Counted from the first letter of the stretch, positions 12,301 through 25,914 are shown. The stretch is DNA of 64,000 nt from Kudoa neothunni (GCA_964304625.1 OZ199838.1:398148-462147); one strand, 5' to 3'. The notes: generated by a model from the letters alone, not told the origin. Program-made: numbers and translations.

Positions 12301-15300
12301 ATTGTTTTACCACCTATTTATTTTTTATTCACATATTGAATCCATGAATAATGAATGTTACTTGTTTGTTTGTTTTCAATAATTTGAATATTATAACTAC
12401 CACTGGGAACAATTTTGAGAGTATAAGTTGTGTGGGAGTTGAGTCCAATGATGTCGAACTGTGATTTGCACGATTTTACACACAACTCGTTTTTTGAACA
12501 AATTGCCGGATAATAGAATTTATCATTCTCCTTTATGTAGATGGTACAAATGTTTGATTGAGTTACTGAAGTTATGCTAATGGTGATTCCATTCGCACTG
12601 GTATCGTCTGAAGTAACCTGAATGGAAAGTTTGTTGTCTTGAGCTGAAAATATATTTAAAACCCGTTTAATTTCATAAAATACTTCTTTTATGGAAAAAA
12701 TATTTTCCTGGTGAGTAATTAGGTATACCCGTTATGGTTACCATAACATCATTATGTAAATGAGTTGGTTCAGGAGTAATTTTAACTTCCCCAAAGCTAC
12801 CATCAGACGATGGATTAGTCACTTGTTTCCTACCAATTTCAGTAACTAATGGAGCGTATGTGTTCCAAAGTTTTAGCGAATATGAAACAGCTGGATCGGT
12901 AACTTCTATGCCATCTTCATTTTTATTTTTTCCAGTAATGTTTATTTGAATTTTTTCTTCAGCTGTTGTCACAGAAACATCATTTCCATGTTTCATTAAA
13001 AAATTTTATCTTATATATTAAATATACCTAAATCTTACATATGTATATATTATTTTGATAACCGATAGTAGGTTTCATTCCTAATTTTAGAACCCTTATT
13101 TTAACGGCCTTTACACTCGTGTGCACATTTCCAAATGTATAGCTGTTGCACATACTGAAAAAACAATTTTGCATATTATCACATTCATTCGAAAAAAAAC
13201 TGTTGGAATTTGATGCCGTGGGCGTCTATCCATTCGAATGTGCACATTTCAGATGGCTCTGGATTAACCAGTTGAACTGTGAATCTGTTTAGTTCAGCAT
13301 TTTTTAGTTCGTAATAAAATCTACTGAAAATTGGGGCTTGGTTTTTTAACAAATGTATTGTCGTAGAAATAATGAAAATCAAAATATTCTGGGCAGCTTA
13401 TATAATAATCTTTTATTAACTCGTCGAATTGAATCGAGTAACTTTCTAACTCACCTTGGGAGGTTGTAGACTTTGTTCCCTTCACAGATCCCTGTAATTC
13501 GGCATCCTTATATGCTTCGCATAACAATGAGCATTTATTTAAAACTAATGTTATTTTGTCGTCCTGTAATTCAGCCCTGTGAGTAAGTTCTTCGAAATGA
13601 TCTTAAAAAAATGATTAAATTAATAATGAAATGATACATTACCTATATAATACGAATAGACCTTTCCGACATTAAAATAAATTATTGCATTCGGTTGTTC
13701 TTGTTGATTCTCTTTTCCGGATGATAAAGATGACGAATGGAGGTTTTTCTAAGTTTGCCCTTTTAACGCCGTTGTCTCCTTGAGGTAGATTTTGCCCATC
13801 TACGCCCGATTTTGAAATAATTTTTGTCCTAATGCCCGATTTATTGGCTTTTTTTGCAGTGTTATTTTTACTGTCTTGATAAGTGACAGAAATATAATTT
13901 AATTTATTCGGGCTACTAGGATCAATTTCAATAGCTGATGTAAGTTCAGTGTATTGTTTTTTAATTTCCCCGCTAATTCCAGCATTAACATAACTCAGTA
14001 GGTTATCATTATATTTTTGAATTGTATATTCTTTATTCTCCTTATTAGTTAGAGCATCATTCTTGAATTTTATCTTGTAATTTTGTGCAGATTTATCGTA
14101 ATATAGAATCATTTTATTATCACCTTCATCAATACCACCTATGAATATAAAATTAATATTTCTATAAAGGAACAGTTACATTCTATGGTTTTTTTCTTTT
14201 GGTGTAGAATAATCCACATTTATAACAACTAGTTTATATGTAAATTCACAACTGAGAGAAACCCATGAGAAATCTATTGTGTTAGATCCACTCGTTCCAC
14301 CAGGATTGCATGCACTATTCAAACAATCCTTGATAATTTTGTTAGATCTTCCTTCCAGTAGAACGTATGCCCAAGATGTTCCTGAACTTACAGTTGAAGT
14401 AGCTACCAATGTAACCGTTGTTTTCTTTTGTCCATCATGTTTTGAGATGTTTATTGTTATTTCGGCTCCAGCAGCTATTTAAATTATTTATTCTTAGATT
14501 TCATATATAAATTACTCGAAGTCGCAGTGCTTTCGACGCAGTTATATCCTTTCGGACAAACAATTATTTTGTAGTTTGTTTTAGGATCAAGATTTATTAT
14601 TTTGAAGTTGCTATTACAATCACCCGAACAAAAATTTTTTCCACTATTTTCTTCACAAGTAGCAGGATACAGCGACGTAACACTTTCGATGGCTGAATAA
14701 TAGAGATCACACTTTGCTTCATTACTGTGTTCACCGGAAAATAAATTATGTAAATTTAAAGTTAGTGTGTTATGTTGAATAGAAGTAATGGTTTGTGAAA
14801 AAGTTTCGCTATTTGTTAATTTATCCCCTATTTGAAATTATAAGTATAGATGTAATATGTAACGTTACCTTTAGTTTTAAAATAAAAATAGCGATGATAA
14901 TAATTAACTTCAGGAGAATCTAATGTTGTAAGTCCTTTTATTTTAACTTTTAAAATATATTCTGTTAATGGCAGAAGAGAGCTCAAACTGATTGATCCAA
15001 ATTCTTTACATTGCCCGTCACACGTTAAATCCTTCCAATTATCTTTAATTCCCAGATTTTTCTCTATTATTTTAACTTCAAGAATATCTGCTCCTTCTAC
15101 AGCATTATTTCCACCTTCATCTTTATTTAAATCAGTTAATACTAAGGTCGCCCCATCTATTCCTATCCCAGTAATAGTGGGTTGACCGGTAGCGACTATA
15201 AAATTGATAAGACATATTAGATAGATTAAAATTTACATGTTATAGTTTGAATAAACTCTTTTGATGCTATCTTATCAAAGGGTGTGACGAGTACTTGAGC

Positions 15301-16285
15301 AAATTTCAAAGTTTTATCATGATATAAGGTAGCTTTGTAGCAAGGCTGAAGACAGGGTCCAGCTCTATTCATACCCGAGCAATTAGAAGAAAAATGAGAG
15401 TCATTAATATCTTTTATTCCAAAGTAACAAATTTGCGAGGGTTTCGGATTTTGGAGTGTAATTTTATAATAATTATTATTGCCGGTTTCTTTTGATCCAG
15501 TTGCAATAAACCAATCCTCATCAACATTTTTTGGACTCAATAAAATTTCTGTCGTCTTTTGACCAACCCCAACCACATACGTAGGTTGATATGATTTAGA
15601 ATATAATGTAATAGATTTCTCTGTATAAAAATCAGTCGATGATGGTTGACTATGTTTTGTAACAGAATCCTCTTTGACACCCAGAACGCTGTTTTCTTTA
15701 CTTCGAACTGAAACAATGAACGTACTATTTGCTTTGGTTACTTTCTGCGAACTCTTTATGTAAAGATCTATTTTATTATATCAAAATATTATCAAATAAA
15801 ATAATATACTTTTTATAGCAAAAATCCTCTTGGTAGGGGCAGCTTTTTACATCATTCTCATTCATACCTTGACACCACTTTATGTATTTAATGGATTTAA
15901 ACTCTTGACCAGTGAGATTTAATTCGACTTTTTTACATTCGTAAGTACACATTTTTAAATTTGGATTAAATTTTGTATCACTTATGTCCGTATTACACTT
16001 GGAGGAGAAATCGATTGTTTCCTTATTTTGTCCATAATATTGGAGGGCACAGTGTTTGAAGATATTCTCAACATTGTACCCAGAAAGTGAAATAATATAT
16101 TTCATTGAAATGCGTGAAAAATCCACTTTCATTATATTATTATCAATATTACCAGAGATCACATTGTTCACACATAACACTAATAAAGATTAATATATAT
16201 AATCTCAAAGAGAAATACGAGTGAAAAAGACGAGATATGTTGTAGAAGCGTATCGTTGCCTGAATGACAATCTCGTCTGCATCAT
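9390..16285 (-). CDS. Large multi-exon type I membrane protein with Cys-rich FN3-like repeats, paralog A (~2,000 aa)
   Basis: ATG at 16285 gives MMQTRLSFRQRYASTTYLVFFTL|LCVNNVISG (signal peptide across a 39-nt intron). There are many short GT-AG introns and repeated units ending IxxLxxxTxYx(V/I)xV. The spliced C-terminus is ILYAMIPIVVSLLVVIGVAVY-RKNSKEISYDL* with TAA at 9390-9392. Four +1 homopolymer frameshifts are present in this copy. Confidence 0.85.
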
Positions 16286-16699
16286 AATCTTACTATTTGT
16301 GAATCAACAAAAAATGTTCTATTTAAATTTGTATCGATATGAATAGAGGAATTCATCTTGCCAATTATTCATATGCCCAACTCAATTAAAAAATCAACAA
16401 CCTCGATCTTACGAAAAGATAATAACTATTCAAATGTGATAAAATTTTATGTGAATCGACGATCATCTTTTCGAGTATTATTGATTGTTTCTGACGCCCC
16501 AACTACCACGTTCTGCATTCAATCAAACTGTTTTTACATAATATACAGAAAATATTATTTTAATTCATTTCGGGTTTTCGTTCCCTTTTCGGCCCCTCAT
16601 TTTTGACTGTATTTAGAGTTTTTAAATTTCGAAGATGATTATTATATCGTAATATATCATTAAAGCATGTAATTTTCGATTAAAATTGACGTTTATTTT

Positions 16700-17730
16700 T
16701 TCCGGATTTATCAGTTTTCACGACATTTAAATATATGGCAAAAAAAAGTAGACGATTAGGTAGTTTTTCGGAATAATGTTCACTTGTTAAAATAATTGAC
16801 AATGTTATGGTGTGTAAATACTGCAAAGTTAACCTGCAAGCACAACAGAATAGAAGACAGGAGCATTCAGTTTCAAAAAAACATAACTCATTGATTAATT
16901 TGTCAAAACTCGTCTCCATTACCTAATTTTTCTACAGAGATCGAAATAATAAGGAAATGGAAATCGGTTTAGTTTCGATGGTAGTTTATGATGGACTATC
17001 TTTTAAATCCATCGCGAAGCATATTCCCGTGCGTAACTATATTACAAAATACTGTCCTATCACGCGATCTTTACCTGATAGTAGGCTACTAATTGACTAA
17101 TATTTGCCTGCCATTTTTGACAAAAATGTTGAATTATTGACGCTTATATTGAGAAATGTGCGTTTTCATTAATGATTGATGAGACTCCGGGTTTCAAAAG
17201 TCGACCAATGTTTCATACTTTAATGTGCTTATATGATCACTTGTTGGATGAAAAAGGATCTTTATGTTGAATTCCACGATTTAACATGAATGCAACTCAG
17301 TGTCTTCAAAATATAAACAAGATGGGAACAATCGTTTGGCTATAATATCCGACCCAGCGTCATATATGATAAAAGACAGTGGCTATTGACACGCTCGCGT
17401 ATAATCCCTTGTTGGGACTGTCTATTGACACAACAATTAATTTCTCCAAAATTACTAATAGTTCATGTCTGAAATTTTGTATACCGTTTTATATTAAATA
17501 ATGGAATTTGGTCAAAAAAGTTGTTCATCTAATTTTGGGTTTTTATGACAACATTTTCATTAAATAAAATTAATAAATAATATATAAATTATTTATTTTT
17601 ATATATATTATTACATAGAGCTATAATGTATATTTAAAGTAAAACTCGAAAGAATATCTTCTTTATAACATTAGAAATGAACGAGTTAAATTTAAGTCGT
17701 GATATCGACAAAGTTGAATTTTGGCGTTTC
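16700..17730 (+). pseudogene. Highly decayed hAT-like transposase fragment
   Basis: Zn-finger-like VMVCKYCKVNL..EHSVSKKH, then FSLMIDETPG and VEFWRF, with many stops. Confidence 0.5.
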
Positions 17731-17829
17731 AAAGTTAGCAATAAATATAACAAAACATTTGTAATTAATGCGAAAGTTAACAATCGGCTTTAATATAATT
17801 AAATTAATTAAAATTTTTATTTAATTTGG

Positions 17830-20204
17830 CGGAGGCTTTTCCTTTTTCGTTCTCTTAATTGCTGTCAAGCCATAACCTTTAGGCCTCCCAACTGCCTTAA
17901 TTTTACTAGGAATTGTAAGATCTAAAACGTAATAATACTTTCTACATTAAGTTATATAACTTTTAATTCTGGAGGGTTTATTGATTCTCTGTTTTCGACA
18001 TCAGTTATGTCCGGGTTAGGGCGGTTCCAATTACATCCTTTTCGAGCGGCTCAGGTGGTGTACCCTTTATTGGCGAAATTTCAGCAAGACTACTTTCTAA
18101 TTAAACGAATTTGTTGTGTTTTCATAACTTAAATTTATGCTATACCTGAGAAAGTTGGTGAAATGAAGTAAACGTCACCATCATACCCATCAATACCTGC
18201 CTTTAAGAGTGTGCCAAACTCTAAATTAAATCATAGTTTTCAAAAATAGAAACGTTCTACGTATCAACATCTTCAAAGCCGCCAGATTATGATTTTTTAA
18301 TAATGTTTTCACACACTTTGAATAATTTGATGCAGTGATCGAAATATTCCCGCAATACTCAGCGGAAGAAGAGGATAATTTATTGGTATGTACATTGGCC
18401 AACTTCATGAGTTTGGAAAAAAGTGGTTAAATATCATGTTTTTTTATAACAATACCATTTGGGATGATGTTTTGAGTTGAGTCATTTTTAGTTTTGACAA
18501 AATTTGATATATGTTCTTTGTTCTACCCGGGATGATAAATATTGCTATATATGTGGGTCAAATAATGGTAACAATGATTTTGATCTTTGTGATAGAATGT
18601 GATGGCAAGGTAGTTCGTAAGAACGTTAAAACTTACATGTACAAAAATTGATAGTCGAATTATAATTTAATCCACAATCAAATTTTGTTTGCATCTTTCT
18701 CAATACTTTAATTACAAGTTTACAGGAGAATGAAGTTAAGTGATCCCAATACTTTTTTCAACCTCATTTTCAATATTGCTATAGGATGTCTTAGATAATT
18801 CGGTCATTATATGACAAATTTTTTCTGTTCTGAATGAATTCAAACGAATAAGGAATTTATTTAAAAAATCTTCCAAAATAGAGAATTTTTTATCACGCTC
18901 TTCAGTTTTGAATTAAGAGCTTCTAGTCGATTATTTGTTAAATTATTGTAAAAGTGTCGGATTTTACTGAATGAAATGATCCATTGTGGTTTAATTGGAT
19001 CCCAATTTTTCTTGAAATAGATATTGAAATCCAAAATATTATAACTATTGAGCTCATTACATAATTTTTCATAATCCACTTCAATTTTAACATGCTTCAC
19101 TTTTTTAAGGATAGATAACATGGATTCTTTTATTTCATTATTAATATTATATTTCGCAAGTTTTAACTCTCGTTGAAAAATCTGTATAACGTGAAATTTA
19201 CAAATAAACATTTCAGCATTGGAAAAATGACTATTCTTAACTTTTCGAAGCTTTAAATCCTTATCAGTACCAATCGAGAAGACTTTTTCTTTTATCCAAG
19301 GAACAATTGATATCAGTTCATTAATGTACCAGTCAACTACTATTTCAGTCTCCTCAAATATTATACATGCACTATTTAGGTGGGTCCAACCCATAAAGTC
19401 TTCAGAAACCGTCAGATCCAAGTGAGCCCCAAAATTAGAATAGATAACTTTAATATTTTAAAATAATAAAAATAACCGCTAATTAATTAATTTGTAGATT
19501 GCGTCAGTTGATAGATGTTCTAGTAAAAATGAAAAAACATCCTTCATTTTTTCATCCACGAATATAATTGCACTAACTTAGTTTGTTTCACCTGCTAGTA
19601 TTCTAACATCACAATTATAATCTTCCTTTAGTAATTTATAAAGGATGTTCACATCAATCTTTTGCATGGATAGATTTTTGTTAATATTATGTATAGACTT
19701 CAATGTTATCATTTTACCGGTTTCTTGTTGGATTTTGGATTGAATCAATTTTTTGTTGGCGCAAAAAGAAACTAGTTCTGATACCCTTTGATCATTACGA
19801 TTCGATTTTCGTTGTGGAGGAAAACATTTAAAAAAAGTTGGGTTGGTTTCATGATTGTGGCTTAGATTGAGTGATTTTACTTCGAGCGTTTGTCCGTCTG
19901 AACTTACTCTTAGTGATACATGAACAGGACAGGTGCCTTTCATGGTTTGTTTTTATCGAATACCCTTTGACCTGTCTCGATATTGGTCACTGAAATAACA
20001 AACATATCTAACGGAGTAGTAATTTAAGTTTTTGTTGAATTTTTTGGTGAGGACTCGCTTTAGGTTTAATAGTTTTTTTGATTCACGCTTAATCAAGACA
20101 CAGCACGATTGCTGTTCAAACATATGTATAAACTCTTCTAATTGCGTAAAAGAGTCAAATTTTTTACCTACTTCAAATAAATCAATATCGGTTCTATTTG
20201 CCAT
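17830..20204 (-). mobile_element. Second ZSWIM-type MULE transposase, disrupted
   Basis: FDSFTQLEEFI..CPVHVSL..NLSHNHE, IGTDKD, ICKFHVIQ and LTNNRLEA motifs; CTCKF..ELPCHH SWIM finger; GRPKG near 17880. Clearly homologous to the element at 940-3800. Confidence 0.9.
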
Positions 20205-20397
20205 TTTCCATACATGCGTCGCAACTACTTTACTTTAATTTTACAAATTTTCTAATTAAAATTATTTTTAATCAATATTTACCTAATATATGTTTATATG
20301 AGACAAGGATAACAATTTTAACTTTCTAATTTTCTTGAAACTAAACTTAGTTTCTCCAATATTAATGGAAAAATCAATAAAAAATTTTTGTAATATA

Positions 20398-21778
20398 TAG
20401 GGTTTTCCGAGCTTTAGTGACACGGTATTTAAGATAGCTAGATAATTAGGTAAAAAAATACGAAAATATTACTTTAAATTTCGAATGAACAAAAAATAAT
20501 AATTTTGGGAATTTGAAAAAGATATCCAAACACTATCGTATAATCTATACTTATTCTAAAATAATTTATCGGTTCAAACATCTGCTGATATATCGAAGCA
20601 TTTTTCGATAATAATTTGAGCAGTCGTTGGTGGTAATAACTTTGAAACCATCATCTATTAAATTTAAAAGGTCGCTTTCATTTCTCGCATGTCCTCTCAC
20701 AACATGGTTTTTCCATTTGCTGAAAACATTTTCAATTGGATTCATGAAGGGTGAATACGGAGGTAGATACATCAACGTTAGTTGTAACGTTGCTAAAATT
20801 TCGCTAAGTCCCCGATAATGATGTATCCTTGCATTATCGAGTATGAAGCATGGATCTTCAATTTCCAAAGAACGGCACAAATCTGCCAACTCAATGAGGA
20901 ACTCTTTAAAATCTTCGCCATTTACTGGTCTTCGATTTATTTTATATAGCACCATGCCATACTTATTCATCGCTACGATGACGGATATGTTCCTTGACTT
21001 GACGGCTTTCACGTTTACATATGCTGATGTACCAGCAAGCGAACGACCCTGTCTTGTACGTGACGATACATTAAAACCAACTTCGTCAATAAAAACAAAG
21101 TTGCTGCCTTCTGCCTCAAGCAATTTTGAATTGAACTCTTGGGCGTACACAAAACGTTTTTCCACTGTATCGTCAGAGTTTCTTCGTTCAGGAACAATGG
21201 TGAGCATTTTTAAAGAATAATGGAATTCTTTAAGGCATCTATTTATTGTGCTAACGCTAACACTCACGCCACATTCGTCTAATAATTTTTGACGAAGAGT
21301 CTTAAGGGTAATGGTGGCGTCCTCATCCATCCAACTTCTAATACGCAACTTTTGATCTTCATTGAGTTTTGAAGAAAAGTCACCACCCCTTTTTAATGAC
21401 TTTTCTTTCCCATCAAGAAGATACGATTTTACAATTGAAGCAACAGTTCGTCGCTTAATTCCAACATTTTCAGCGATGACGGCGTTGCTGTAACCCAATT
21501 CGCACTGATTAGCAATCATTTTCCTATCTCGGTCACTTATTGTTTGTCTCTTAAATTTGGTTCGAGTTGTCATTTGAGAATCGTCGCTATTATCTGTTTT
21601 TAAAGTTCATAAATATTAAACTAACGTGTAATGTTAAATTTATACCACTCATATTATTTTTATTCGATTAATTTACAATGTGAACGAAATTATAAGCTTA
21701 AATTACGCACGTGTCACTAAAGCTTGACATGATGTCATTAATGCTTGACACGATGTCACTAAAGCTCGAAAAACCCTA
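20398..21778 (-). mobile_element. Tc1/IS630-like DD34E transposon A, full length with TIRs and TA TSD
   Basis: TA|TAGGGTTTTCCGAGCTTTAGTGACAC ... GTCACTAAAGCTCGAAAAACCCTA|TA, enclosing the transposase ORF. Confidence 0.95.
20566..21652 (-). CDS. DD34E transposase (Tc1/IS630-like), probably with a 5' micro-exon
   Basis: 335-aa ORF with HTH region, FIDEVGF, LDNARIHH and YLPPYSPFMNPIE (34 residues between D and E). ATGAGTG (21646-21652) plus a 52-nt GT-AG intron (21594-21645) adds MSDNSDDSQ in frame. Confidence 0.9.
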
Positions 21779-21779
21779 T

Positions 21780-23212
21780 AAATAGATATTTTAGGAGATC
21801 AATATATGTTGAAACAATATATAAAATTTCAGACTAGAACTATTAGTAATTTTGGAGAAATTAATTGTCGTGTCAATAGCCACTGTCATGATAAATATTA
21901 TAAACATATTTCATTGTTACATTCCAATATCATAAGAATTCTCTGTTTCTCCCATTTGATTCATCTTTTAATTAAAAAACTATCAATGACATATTTCCTC
22001 ATGTATGATTTTTTTTCACGAAATTTTCAACACTTATTAAAAAAACAGATGTGCTAGGAAGGTTTTTATGTATCATCTAGAAAAACGTGATATTGAATAT
22101 TTAAAAAAATACCCCCAGGTAATGATTGCAGATGGTATAGTCTCTACAATTGTGTCACCGAAACATTGAATTATATCCCTGCTATTATTGACTTTTTGGT
22201 TGATAATGAAATTGATCTGAACGTTTTTTCACTCCAAAAATTATTTCTTTATTTTAAAGTCATTATCGAAACATTGAATTCAATTAACAAACTTTAAAAG
22301 TTTATTGAATGTGAGAATGAAATGACTTTTTCAAGTGTATTCGAGTGGATATCATCAATGTTCCAAATTGATAAAACTTCAATAATATTGTCTCAAGATC
22401 GAACCCTTTCTGAATGGAATTTTAAGGAGAGAGAAGCCATCACAATTAAGTTGAATTTGTATATTGATAAATTAATACTGAATCTCAATGAGATAATATG
22501 TAAAAAATACGATTATTTCCCACCTTCAACGTTCATGGAGACTGTCAAGAACCTTGATACAACCAAAAATATGAATTAGCAATAAATAAATATACCTGAT
22601 ATTGCGAAATTCTTAAGTATAGAACAAAGAAAATTAATAAAAATTCAACTTCAATTATTATCCTTCTTAAATGAAGTAGATGTGAATGGTGATTCCCGCC
22701 TTTGGAGCAACAAGAGAAGATTAATCCCAGTAATATCAAAAATAGCTCTTGATATTTTATCAACTCATACTTCTTCAATCGCTATTGAAAAAGGATTTTC
22801 AGAAATGAGGCATTTATATACACAATATGGAACTTCACTCTCAAGAGTAAAGTGCTCAATGATCATGCAGCTATACCACAATGGAGACATTAAATATTAA
22901 TAATGGATATAGGTATTCTTATTTTATTTTTTTCTCTGTGTTTTAAATATAATTTTATTTATTTATATAATTATATTATTTTCTATCAGAATTATTAATT
23001 TTAATTTAATAAAATAATATTTTAGATAATTATCTAATTAAAGGTGGATTGTTTTAAATAAGTCCACATTCAAATAAATGATTTACATGATTTACGTCAT
23101 TTTAAATGGTTTGATTTTGATAATTATTTAGTTTTTACTAGGGTTTCACAGTTACCTTATTTTTAAAATGAGTACGAGTGCTCCAAATTTCAGTACTCGC
23201 CGATACCCACTA
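21780..23212 (+). pseudogene. hAT transposase 3' remnant with dimerisation domain
   Basis: CFSHLIHLLIK, RWYSLY and WSNKRRLIPVISKIALDILSTHTSSIAIEKGFS motifs; terminus-like GATACCCACTA at 23212. Confidence 0.75.
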
Positions 23213-23442
23213 TGATACCATGCTCGATGCATATCCACATTTTAAATTTTAATTGTTTTAGACTTTTGTTGCATTCAAATGAGATTACGCCAAAATTGTT
23301 GGTCATTCTAAAAAAAGTTTTATTTCTCCAAAATTTTCTGATTTTACTTAATAAGGGAACCTAACTGATTGTATTATCGGTAAGTAAAATATTAATTTTC
23401 TCAAATAATGTTTTGCTATCCATTACATGGATAACTAATTAA

Positions 23443-25786
23443 CCCATAACGGGTCCAATGTTTAGATTTTATTTATAACTTATATATGTATTAAATCATT
23501 AATAATTAAACACTGGTGTAATAGATTTTTGAAATATTAAATATTTAATGAATTACAATTGAATTAGTAATTGGTCGAAAAAGCAACGAAAAACTACCGA
23601 CGTGCGATTTTCCAATAGCAGGTTTGTGTTTGCGGTATATAAATAACAGCTGGTTTAAAGTGAAATAATTGTAAATAATTATGTCTTATGAAATTTTATT
23701 GAACATTTTATGTGCATATAACATTGGCAATTCGTACATAAATGTATTGAAGTTTTTTTACAAACTATACATCTACGTTTCTTTTTTGCAGGATGGGTAT
23801 TAAGCAAAGGTTTTTTGCACAATGATGACGCTTGGAGTTTGGATAGGGACGATGTTCTGGTAAGTTTTTCATGGTCACTAATGCTAATTAAACATGTTAC
23901 GATATTCCGAATATGGTTTAACAATTTTATTTTTCCACCATTTGTATAGGTAACCAATTTATATGAGTTAACCGCAGCCAGGGATAACATATTGGTAAAC
24001 AGGGGTCAGTATCATTTTTTAGATTTTATATTTACTCTGTAACATGAAACTGAAGCATCGACGACATCGACTCCTCCCATGTATTTATTATACATATAAC
24101 ACATGTAAGGTTGAGGAACGTTGCCGTATCTTTTTTTAGATTGGAAATATCGTCGGATCTGTTGGACAGGTTCGGCATTTAGTGCATTACTCATTAGAGC
24201 TACAGGTTTTGTGTCTCTCCAATATAGACAATTAATGCCAAATTCTTTTTCCTTAAATGTTTCTAAGAAACCTATCGATTTTTTTCCATCACTTTATTTG
24301 TTGTAAGCTGGCATTTGGAAGTACGATTGGTTCTCACGGTCCCGGTTGCTTTGAGGGATCTTTTCTTCAGTTCAACGAAAAATTTATAGGATGTGAAAAA
24401 ATTGTCCATATAAATATGATCGTTTGATTTATCCTTAAGATCGTCCGCAAAATTCAGCACAACACTGCCACCGAGGCCAAAATATTTATCATATTTCGCT
24501 GACTTGCCTCTATAAACGTCAAAGCTATACACAAAACCATCCGCAGAGGCCAACATCCACCGCTTAAAACCAAACCGAATTGGTTTTCCTCTCATAAACA
24601 TTTTGCATGAGTGGTGACCGGTATACTGAACTATCTGTTCATCAACACAAACGTTATTATGGAAAATACCAAATTTCTTAAAATTTTCATTCAGTTTTTT
24701 TATTATTGGTGTAAGTTTGAAGAGCTTATCTTCAGGATCTAAATTGGCGTTATTATTAAAATGAATATATGATTTTATAGTCTTGAAGCGTTTATAGGAC
24801 ATGCACTTTCTGACTATATCAACTCCAGAGTCCATTGCAGATTCCCAATACATATGTTGTTGGGATAATTTATTATATCCAGACAGTAGCAAAATACCAA
24901 TGAATGATTTTAGTTCCTTTAACGATAAGTGGAAAGAATGGTCATTCTTCTGGCGAGCGTACAGATTACTTTGTTTAACAATGTACATCAATAAACTTCC
25001 ATCAAAAAATTCATAAAATGCTTCAAGTGAATCGTATTTTTCGAGCGAAACGTTTGTTGGCAATTCATTTTTGTTTTGTGAAAAAACATTAGTTTCCGCA
25101 TCGGTTGATAAATTTGATGAATGAAGAATTTTTTCCACTTAGCCATGAAGTTCTCAGCAGTCTGACCATCATCTAATGTTGAAAATATCTCAACTTCCCC
25201 GCAAACTTCGGGGACATTCCTGATGTCAACATTGTCTGAATCTAGGCTGACAAAACTTTCTTCTTCGTCCGTTAAAATATCGACTGTTTCAGGAGGTAAT
25301 GTTACAATATCGATGCAATTAATTTCATCATCATTATTATCAATTTCATCAACTGCGTCGATCAAATTCCTATACCTCATCTCTCAAGTAACAAATATGG
25401 GATTATTAGGATTTAGCATGCCGGTCGTTATTCGTTGCTTTTTCGGCCTCACATTACATCCGTTAAAACTTATCTTAGATAAGTCTTTAGTTCTTAAATT
25501 GAATTTATATCATACAACTAAATATAATTTTTCTAAATTTACAAAAATACTCTTCAAAGAGACTAATATCATAAATTTTTTGTTGCATTATAACCTAAGC
25601 ACAAGGTATGAGTTATTTATTATCATATCTTTACAAATACATTATTAACTATAATTATACTTTAGTAATAAATAAAAAATGCATTAATTAATTGATGGGA
25701 AAAAAATAATAAAATTTTAAAAATAATGAAAGTTTTTATGGCGGTTATATACCAGAGCCGAAAAAGCAACGAAAACCCGCTATGGG
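23443..25786 (-). mobile_element. piggyBac transposon (PGBD2/3-like), full length, transposase frameshifted
   Basis: TTAA|CCCATAACGGGT ... ACCCGCTATGGG|TTAA. Motifs CVDEQ, KPIRFGFK, YMDNFFTS and YNKYMGGVD, plus a C-terminal Cys-rich domain. The subterminal repeat CGAAAAAGCAACGAA occurs at ~23576 and ~25759, and inverted at ~25431. Confidence 0.95.
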
Positions 25787-25914
25787 TTAATTTAGTACGG
25801 TAAAACAAATATTTAGCGCGAGATTTATATTTTTTATTTATGGACACATCAAACCATGAATAATATATTTTATCAGATAATTAAATTGTTTGCTTGTCAT
25901 ATTTTCATAAGATA

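Noticed and set aside
21711-21778. CRISPR-like array
   Set aside because: Three abutting units without spacers inside a transposon end, in a eukaryotic context with no cas genes.
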